Below are positions 58,444 to 64,000 of a stretch of DNA of 64,000 nucleotides, piece after piece. Below the pieces are notes generated by a model. The model saw only the letters and a program-made list of their open reading frames with translations. It was not told the origin of the DNA and ran no database searches. A program made the translations under genes and the position numbers. Origin of the DNA: Escherichia coli (GTDB taxonomy: Bacteria > Pseudomonadota > Gammaproteobacteria > Enterobacterales > Enterobacteriaceae); assembly GCF_003334385.1 (NCBI RefSeq), contig NZ_QOWN01000017.1; one strand, written 5' to 3'. Each line of letters opens with the position of its first letter. The first letter of the stretch is position 1.

Positions 58444-58744
58444 TGGCAGCCTCCTTTGCCGGGATTTCTAACTTTTGAGTGGTTGTATCAAATTCAAACA
58501 ACTTAACCACGTCATCAAACAGGACATAATCACCATCAGGATTTTCAGTCATATCTGCGCCACAATCCTGACCGCACGAGTCGCAACCATCCATATCAAG
58601 CTCGTATCGCTTCAGGTTTGCGATATTTGATAAATTCAGCGCCAGTACAGCCAGGTCATAAACCTCTTCGGCAGTGACATCGCTGTTCAGTCCCATTTCA
58701 TGGCGATATATGATTTTTTCTACTCGTTGTTTTGTGATCGTCAT
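58430..58744 (-). CDS. Hypothetical phage protein (about 104 aa)
   Basis: Track ORF 58430..58768; ATG at 58744 (MTITKQR...); alternative start at 58696 possible; acidic, Cys-containing. Confidence 0.45.
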   Translation of the reverse strand: MTITKQRVEKIIYRHEMGLNSDVTAEEVYDLAVLALNLSNIANLKRYELDMDGCDSCGQDCGADMTENPDGDYVLFDDVVKLFEFDTTTQKLEIPAKEAASEQD

Positions 58745-59015
58745 TTTTCTCTTCACTCCGATATACAAGGATTACTACACCCCCTCTGCTGATTGCGCGA
58801 GCTGGATCCCCTGGTTCCATGCCGTCAATTCCGAAGGCTTCGGAAAACGCATTCATTGCCTTCTGGCGTTCATCCTGCTTACGGCGTTTATTCCATTTTT
58901 TCAGGAACAACAGCGACAGCCACCGTCCGCTGCAGAACACGATGTAAAAATAACCAAGGAGCGCCAGGCCGACATTCAGGGCCGTTTCTATGGTTAGTTG
59001 TGAGTCAGTTGCCAT
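58698..59015 (-). CDS. Small membrane protein (105 aa; one N-terminal TM helix, then basic stretch)
   Basis: Hydrophobic segment LNVGLALLGYFYIVFCSGRWLSLLFL followed by KKWNKRRKQDERQK; 3' end overlaps next gene so true stop/start uncertain. Confidence 0.4.
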   Translation of the reverse strand: MATDSQLTIETALNVGLALLGYFYIVFCSGRWLSLLFLKKWNKRRKQDERQKAMNAFSEAFGIDGMEPGDPARAISRGGVVILVYRSEEKNDDHKTTSRKNHISP

Positions 59016-59253
59016 TTCTTACCTGTTTAAGTAACTGGTTGAACATAACACTTAGGGGATTGCTGTATCCAAACGGCAGATTGTTTACGCAGTACAGAAT
59101 CATTTTGTTTTTTTCTCCAGTTCGTACTATTAACCCATTCCACAATAACCGTGATAATTCATTACTGATAGAAGTTGCGCTTCTTCCAAGTGCGAGGGAT
59201 ATATCTTCTCTACTGCAATCTGGATTTTCCTGGATATACTCGATAACGGTCAT
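59005..59253 (-). CDS. Putative winged-helix DNA-binding protein (82 aa)
   Basis: Track ORF 59005..59295; ATG at 59253 (MTVIEYIQENPDCSREDISLALGRSATSISNELSRLLWNGLIVRTG...) resembles a wHTH. Confidence 0.45.
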   Translation of the reverse strand: MTVIEYIQENPDCSREDISLALGRSATSISNELSRLLWNGLIVRTGEKNKMILYCVNNLPFGYSNPLSVMFNQLLKQVRNGN

Positions 59254-59263
59254 GTGGTCCCTT

Positions 59264-59845
59264 TTACTTAATATCTGTTTCGGATTGCATGCCATGAGTA
59301 TTCATTTCGTTAATAATTTCATCCAGAAGGATTTCAAGCCCTTCTCGACCCATATCTGAAAGAATGAAACCTTTATCAGGGGAAGTAGTGAGCATTTTCT
59401 GATAAAGAAACAGCGCTCTTCCCATTCCTTCAGTTTCGCCGTATTTTTGAATTAAATTCCATTCAATATACTGTTGTAAGGCAAATCGAATGGGGCCGGG
59501 ATATATCGTCATAAACCCATACATCCCGTTATATACCACGGCGTGTTCAGTTGTTCCGTGTTCATTCAGGATATCAATTGTGCCGTTCTTGTCTTCTTCT
59601 TCGTTGATGAATGTCGTCACATACAACCATCGCCACTGAGCAACCTTCATCTCAACCGGAAGTTTACCCAGTAATCCTGCTTCGTCGGCTTGCGCCAGAC
59701 ACTGAAGGATACGTAAACCTCGCACATTAGGAGTATCGAATTCTCCGGCATCCAGACGACGTATGGCGTCGTGATAATCAATCGTCATACTGCCAGTTCG
59801 TATACCATTGGCTGTTGCTTCAGCCTGGAATTCATCGTATTGCAT
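59264..59845 (-). CDS. Hypothetical phage protein (193 aa)
   Basis: SD GAGGA; no recognisable motifs. Confidence 0.55.
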   Translation of the reverse strand: MQYDEFQAEATANGIRTGSMTIDYHDAIRRLDAGEFDTPNVRGLRILQCLAQADEAGLLGKLPVEMKVAQWRWLYVTTFINEEEDKNGTIDILNEHGTTEHAVVYNGMYGFMTIYPGPIRFALQQYIEWNLIQKYGETEGMGRALFLYQKMLTTSPDKGFILSDMGREGLEILLDEIINEMNTHGMQSETDIK

Positions 59846-59850
59846 GATAT

Positions 59851-60039
59851 TTATTCCTCATCTTCATCTTCATCTGCTGGTGCAATAACGTCATATCCTG
59901 CCTTTTCTGCAATAAACAGGAATGTTGAAAGAGTTCCTACAAGTTCATCGTCATGAACATGGCGAATGAATATTACTTTCCCGTTTTTGATGGTCAGCAA
60001 TATTCTGGTTTGTTCGTGTTCTGCTGTTTTCTGATGCAT
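59851..60039 (-). CDS. Small phage protein with acidic tail (62 aa; ...APADEDEDEE)
   Basis: SD GGGAGA; stop 6 nt before next start. Confidence 0.5.
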   Translation of the reverse strand: MHQKTAEHEQTRILLTIKNGKVIFIRHVHDDELVGTLSTFLFIAEKAGYDVIAPADEDEDEE

Positions 60040-60233
60040 TATTATCTCCCGTATGCTTTACGCAGAAATAAGCAGGCAATATGCATGTAATTTTCACCGT
60101 ATTGTGCAATAAGGCAGGCGGTCTTGTGTGATGCCATATTCTTTATAAAAGTCACAATAAAGCCTCCTGTGGATTAAGGTTGTAACAATCCCCGGCGATA
60201 AAACCGCAATAAACGTTCAGGGCATATTTGTTG

Positions 60234-60599
60234 TTATTGCGCTAATTCTTTTTCGGCAGCAGCTTTTGTATACTCACATGCAAAACTCAGAATTTCGCTG
60301 CCGAGTGTTTTCGTTTCGTGATTACTGGACATATGTAATACCTGTGTTGCATGCAATAAATGATAAACATTTACCGCAAATGAATCAGGCTCCAGACAAA
60401 TGCCTTCGTAATTATCTTGCTGTGAGGTTGTTTCTGTCATTGCTCCTGAAGTGCATGCGAGCCTGTTTTTGACAATTCTCTTTTCTCTAATCACTATATC
60501 GGCAACATCTATTGCCTTTACAACCTCCGGGAGAAGTTCCGGGTTTGTATAATCAAAGTCATCAACATGGAGAACAGTTATGTTTTCGAACTTTTTCAT
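60234..60599 (-). CDS. Hypothetical phage protein (121 aa); C-terminal half paralogous to the N-terminal domain of the 60728..61276 product
   Basis: SD GAGGAAG; alignment LEPDSFAVNVYHLL...KTLGSEILSFACEYTKAAA versus LELDSFALNIANLL...KELGIEVMEFIHEYALSAA. Confidence 0.55.
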   Translation of the reverse strand: MKKFENITVLHVDDFDYTNPELLPEVVKAIDVADIVIREKRIVKNRLACTSGAMTETTSQQDNYEGICLEPDSFAVNVYHLLHATQVLHMSSNHETKTLGSEILSFACEYTKAAAEKELAQ

Positions 60600-60727
60600 G
60601 GCTTCCTCAGCTGACTTATATGTTCTGCTATATAGCGAGTCTCAGAAGTGTTTTCATATTGAGACTGTTTCCACAATGATTGATAAAAATGTTCGCATGT
60701 ACCTTGAAGGGCGAAGCGGCGATTATG

Positions 60728-61276
60728 TCACCATTGGTATTGGTTCTTCCGCAGAAGAGCTTCGCGAGATAAGGGGCAAACTTGTTGAGATGCGTCATGG
60801 TGTTGCTGCTCCTCACTTTTTGGTTGCTCCGGAGGAGTAACCTCACCAGTTAACAGGCACATCGGATCGCAGCCAAGAATATTTGCCAGTGGGATAAGCA
60901 TACTGATAGTTGGTTCATACTCTCCGCTCTCCCACTGGATGATAATTTCTTCATCGAGATCGAGCAGCCTGGCGAGTTCGGCGGTTGTTAAGCCGCAGGC
61001 TTCGCGTTGGGTGCGAAGGTTAACCAGCCAGCTTTCAGGGAAGGATTGTTTTTGCTGTGCAGGAGAAGCAGCAGATAGAGCATATTCATGGATAAATTCC
61101 ATTACCTCAATGCCCAGTTCCTTTGAGCGAGCACAATCCAGAAGATGGAATGTGCGTACAGCACTTAGCAAATTTGCAATATTTAATGCAAAGGAATCAA
61201 GTTCTAAGCCCTTAAGCGTAACACAGCCGCAGTTGATAAAATTAGTTGTTTCTGGAGTTGCTTTTAGTGTCTTCAT
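60728..61276 (-). CDS. Two-domain protein: N-terminal unknown domain plus C-terminal XRE-type HTH (182 aa)
   Basis: ATG at 61276 (track ORF extends to 61306); HTH segment GLTTAELARLLDLDEEIIIQWESGEYEPT; first gene downstream of a sigma70-like promoter next to cI. Confidence 0.55.
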   Translation of the reverse strand: MKTLKATPETTNFINCGCVTLKGLELDSFALNIANLLSAVRTFHLLDCARSKELGIEVMEFIHEYALSAASPAQQKQSFPESWLVNLRTQREACGLTTAELARLLDLDEEIIIQWESGEYEPTISMLIPLANILGCDPMCLLTGEVTPPEQPKSEEQQHHDASQQVCPLSREALLRKNQYQW

Positions 61277-61329
61277 ATATCCGCCAACAATTTTAAATTG
61301 AATCAAATCAAGTTATAATTGATGGTGCG

Positions 61330-61358
61330 ATATTATGTTTTGGGAAACAGGCTGTCAA
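61330..61358 (-). promoter_or_regulatory. Sigma70-type promoter (pL-like) reading leftward, away from cI
   Basis: On minus strand: TTGACA (61358..61353), 17-bp spacer, TAATAT (61335..61330); about 45 nt upstream of the 61276 start. Confidence 0.6.
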
Positions 61359-61388
61359 GAAAAAATTGATATCGTATATTTCAGGCAG

Positions 61389-61410
61389 AAAAAAAACGGG
61401 CAAAGCCCGT
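61389..61410 (-). terminator. Rho-independent terminator just downstream of cI
   Basis: Minus strand: ACGGGC-TTT-GCCCGT followed by T8 (plus-strand A8 at 61389..61396). Confidence 0.75.
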
Positions 61411-61422
61411 TAAAATCAAAGA

Positions 61423-62112
61423 CTAACCAAATCTGTTTATGTTGAATGGTACTGATGAGATCACTTTAGACTGGATATAAAGCAGAGCTAACCCCTCTTT
61501 TTCGATGCTCCATGGTTGATAATTGGGGTTATCAGATAACACCATGATTTTGCTTCCAATTTTTTGAAGCCTTTTCACGTAGCATTCTCCATCAAAACAA
61601 AATGCATAAATACCATCGCCATCAAAATAAGTTACTGTCTTATCAAGAAAAAGAAGGTCGCCAGGTGAGATTGTGGGAGCCATACTGTCTCCTCTGGCGT
61701 TACCTATTTCTATATTTTTGAATGCCCGATTTCCAACAAGACGTCGGGCATATTCAGGATCAAGTTCTATTGAGCGCACTACATCTATCAAGTCACCACG
61801 GACATGAGTTCCATCACCGCAACTAAACTCAACATCAAGGACATTAAATACGACGCTATCTGTTCTTGTCTGGTGTTTCTCTTGCGAGGAAAAGGTTGGT
61901 GAGGAGTCTTCACCTAAGAACCAGGATTGTGGATAACCGCTAATCTCTGATAAATGCGCGAGCTTATCACTCCGTGGAAATGTTTTTCCTGTTGTCCAGT
62001 ACTGCACTGATTGCGCACTCACACCTAACTTGCGGGCCAGTTGAGCCTGAGTCCATCCTTTTGCTTTCAGCATCGCGGCTATTCGATTTTCCGTGTTTTT
62101 GACGTTCTTCAT
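61423..62112 (-). CDS. cI: CI-type prophage repressor (N-terminal HTH plus C-terminal S24 LexA-like autopeptidase), 229 aa
   Basis: ATG at 62112 (MKNVKNTENRIAAMLKAKGWTQAQLARKLGVSAQSVQYW); S24 motifs GDSMAPT (Ser) and YVKRL (Lys); divergent from Cro-like gene. Confidence 0.85.
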   Translation of the reverse strand: MKNVKNTENRIAAMLKAKGWTQAQLARKLGVSAQSVQYWTTGKTFPRSDKLAHLSEISGYPQSWFLGEDSSPTFSSQEKHQTRTDSVVFNVLDVEFSCGDGTHVRGDLIDVVRSIELDPEYARRLVGNRAFKNIEIGNARGDSMAPTISPGDLLFLDKTVTYFDGDGIYAFCFDGECYVKRLQKIGSKIMVLSDNPNYQPWSIEKEGLALLYIQSKVISSVPFNINRFG

Positions 62113-62245
62113 GACCAAATCCTGTGGGTTTCTTTACAAGGATAAATCTTTACTTGATTTTAGTGTATTCGATCCTTTTGTAACTTGCATGTTAATTTAA
62201 ACTTGATGTATTCTTGATTTATAAAGTTAATATTGGTGTTTTGTT

Positions 62246-62536
62246 ATGGAAGGAAATGATTACGACAAACTTCGTGCATTAATTGCGCAAAATGCCATAG
62301 CGCGAAATCTTGGTGTGACGCCGCAAGCGGTGAATCAGTGGTTTTCAAAAAGCACAATTCCTGCTCGTTTCGTTTTACGAGTATGTGAAGTAGTTGCATG
62401 GAAGGTTACGCCTCATGGCTTAAGGCCAGATCTTTATCCTCACCCTGAAGATGGAATTCCTAACTTGTTACGCAAAAGCCTAAATCCAAGTTCACCACAC
62501 AGAGCGGATGGAATACACGCAGGAGATAAACAATGA
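62246..62536 (+). CDS. cro: Cro-like HTH regulator (YdaS/DUF1019-like), 96 aa
   Basis: HTH NLGVTPQAVNQW; HGLRPDLYP motif; divergent to cI across a 133-bp AT-rich intergenic region. Confidence 0.7.
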   Translation: MEGNDYDKLRALIAQNAIARNLGVTPQAVNQWFSKSTIPARFVLRVCEVVAWKVTPHGLRPDLYPHPEDGIPNLLRKSLNPSSPHRADGIHAGDKQ

Positions 62537-63240
62537 ACACCGCAATTTTTAACGGCAAAGCATCCATGACCAGCGTTGAGATCGCAGAGCTGGTGGGAAG
62601 CCGACCAGATAGTGTTAAGAGAACTATTGAAACACTGGCTAAAAAGGGAATCATCCAATTTCCACAGACTGTGGAAATTGAGAATAAACAATCACTTGGG
62701 CCTCGCCGATTTTCTAGCGCGTATGTATTCGAAGGTGAACGAGGTAAGCGCGACAGCATCATTGTCGTCGCACAGCTCTGTCCTGAATTCACAGCTCGCC
62801 TGGTAGATCGCTGGCGCGAACTGGAAGAACAGATCCGTAAGCCAATGAGCGAAATCGAAATGGTTGCCGCGATGGCTCTTGAAGCCGTTCGCCAACAGAA
62901 ACGGATCACTCAGGTGGAAGAAAAAGTCAGCCACGTTGCTGAAACAGTCGAGCAAATTAAAAAGGGCACTATTCGTGAGGGCTATGCCGGATATCGCCAA
63001 CTGAAAGCAAAAACCGGTTTGTCAGATGATAAATGCCGCAATCTGGTGAACGCCTATCAAATTCCTACAGACACACATGAGTTCATGACGCCGGACGGAT
63101 TGTTGTCACGTCGCGCAATTGTTGCTGTGGAACCGTTTATGGCTGCTTTTTATCGGGTTATGGAGGAAGCAGAACCGCGAGGGACTCGCTGGTATCACCC
63201 GAAAATGGGGTTATTTCAGGTTATTGGTTGGCAGCGATGA
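62533..63240 (+). CDS. Putative phage regulatory / antirepressor-like protein (235 aa)
   Basis: Start overlaps cro stop (ATGA); N-terminus MTSVEIAELVGSRPDSVKRTIETLAKKG resembles Rha/Bro-N-type DNA-binding N-domains. Confidence 0.5.
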   Translation: MNTAIFNGKASMTSVEIAELVGSRPDSVKRTIETLAKKGIIQFPQTVEIENKQSLGPRRFSSAYVFEGERGKRDSIIVVAQLCPEFTARLVDRWRELEEQIRKPMSEIEMVAAMALEAVRQQKRITQVEEKVSHVAETVEQIKKGTIREGYAGYRQLKAKTGLSDDKCRNLVNAYQIPTDTHEFMTPDGLLSRRAIVAVEPFMAAFYRVMEEAEPRGTRWYHPKMGLFQVIGWQR

Positions 63241-63648
63241 AAAAAAGCCGGGAGTAACCCGGCTCACTCAACATCAATAACGGGGAGCTGTTTCGCATAA
63301 AACGGCTCCGAAACATCCAAGAACAGTTCTAAAGATATCAGCAGCTATATGATCATTTCAAGACCAAATATTGATTCTGCAATTCCGGGACGTTACACTG
63401 CTCAGGCACCTTATAAAGCGGGTGCCGGGGGTCGCAGCCCGGAATTGTCAACGGCGATATATGACGCGCCAGCGTCTTTTTTATCGTCCGCGCTCACGCA
63501 CGCCAGAATTATGGTGGGCTGGGCAGGGGAGCCGAAAGGCTCGCCGGTCTCCGTTGACGCCGGTACTGCGAACCCTGTTCAGTCTGCCACCAGTGAGTTT
63601 CGCAGCTCCGGTGGTGGAAGTTTTCCACAGTCAACGGAGGCTGCCATC

Positions 63649-64000
63649 ATGGCTACGATCCCAACCCTCACTCAACCTGAAATTGCCATCGTTGATGGTC
63701 AGGCTGTTACTTCATCCCTGGCTGTTGCCAACTTCTTCTCCAAACGTCATGACGATGTACTGAAAAAGATCCGCACGCTTGAATGCTCTGCATCATTCAC
63801 TTCCCGCAATTTTTCGGTGAGTGATTACACCGATTGCACAGGCCGCAAACTACCTTGCTATCAAATAACCCGCGACGGCTTTGCGTTTCTTGCTATGGGT
63901 TTCACGGGTAAACGTGCTGCCCAGTTCAAAGAGGCATACATCAATGCCTTTAACCAGATGGAGAAACAGCTTTCAAATCCCTCTGTACTGAGCGACGTTG
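63649..64000 (+). CDS. Rha-family phage regulatory protein, 5' portion (partial, runs off window)
   Basis: SD AACGGAGG; MATIPTLTQPEIAIVDGQAVTSSLAVANFFSKRHDDVLKKIRTL...RDGFAFLAMGFTGKRAAQFKEAYI matches the Rha-family pattern. Confidence 0.7.
   Translation, partial: MATIPTLTQPEIAIVDGQAVTSSLAVANFFSKRHDDVLKKIRTLECSASFTSRNFSVSDYTDCTGRKLPCYQITRDGFAFLAMGFTGKRAAQFKEAYINAFNQMEKQLSNPSVLSDV

Larger units (their letters stand above)
52971..64000. mobile_element. Lambdoid prophage (left arm: attL, int through immunity region and start of the rightward early operon); continues beyond window
   Basis: Junction inside mlrA; integrase adjacent to junction; CI(S24)/Cro divergent pair; Ea22-like and Rha-like genes; right end not in window. 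Confidence 0.85.

Noticed and set aside
60580-60840. 86-aa plus-strand ORF between prophage genes 60234..60599 and 60728..61276
   Set aside because: No SD, opposite to the operon direction, and overlaps the 3' end of the HTH gene; kept only as a low-probability alternative.
62113-62245. Defined CI operator sites (OR) in the cI-cro intergenic region, and OL near 61300..61330
   Set aside because: CTTGAT/ATCAAG and AATTGAT motifs recur, plus one 17-bp dyad ATCAAgttataaTTGAT at 61307..61323, but I could not identify the same operator sequence at both OL and OR, so no operator is called.
63371-63763. 130-aa plus-strand ORF
   Set aside because: Arg/Pro-rich, overlaps the SD-supported Rha-like start at 63649 in another frame and spans the hairpin-rich intergenic region; likely spurious.

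Overview
This 64-kb window is Escherichia coli chromosome, presented reverse-complemented relative to the usual K-12 map orientation, followed by the left arm of a lambdoid prophage. Identification is by recognition of the translated ORFs and known regulatory motifs; no database search was run. Core gene order (1..52.9 kb): yeiR' - yeiQ - yeiP - yeiW - setB - fruBKA - psuKGT - yeiL - rihB - nupX - yeiI - nfo - yeiH - yeiE - lysP - cirA - yeiG - folE - yeiB - galS - mglBAC - preAT - yeiS - sanA - cdd - yohKJ - dusC - yohP - mdtQ - yohF - yohD - yohC - pbpG - dld - bglX - osmF-yehYXW - yohO - mlrA'. Many track ORFs are N-terminally over-extended from alternative start codons and were trimmed to the conserved start. 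Two known small genes missing from the ORF track (yohP, yohO) were found by direct translation. From about 52.97 kb to the window end is a prophage integrated inside mlrA (yehV): integrase, excisionase-like gene, a long leftward operon of small translationally coupled genes including an Ea22-like protein, a CI-type SOS-cleavable repressor, a divergent Cro-like gene and Rha-like regulators. Notable departures from the K-12 reference as I recall it: cirA carries a +1 frameshift in a T-run, mdtQ is intact, and psuG is 2 aa longer within a GCTGAA repeat. No rRNA, tRNA or CRISPR array was seen. I could not recognise a known defence system. The best candidate for something undescribed is the repressor-adjacent module of uncharacterised genes in the prophage, two of which share a paralogous domain; this is hypothesis only.
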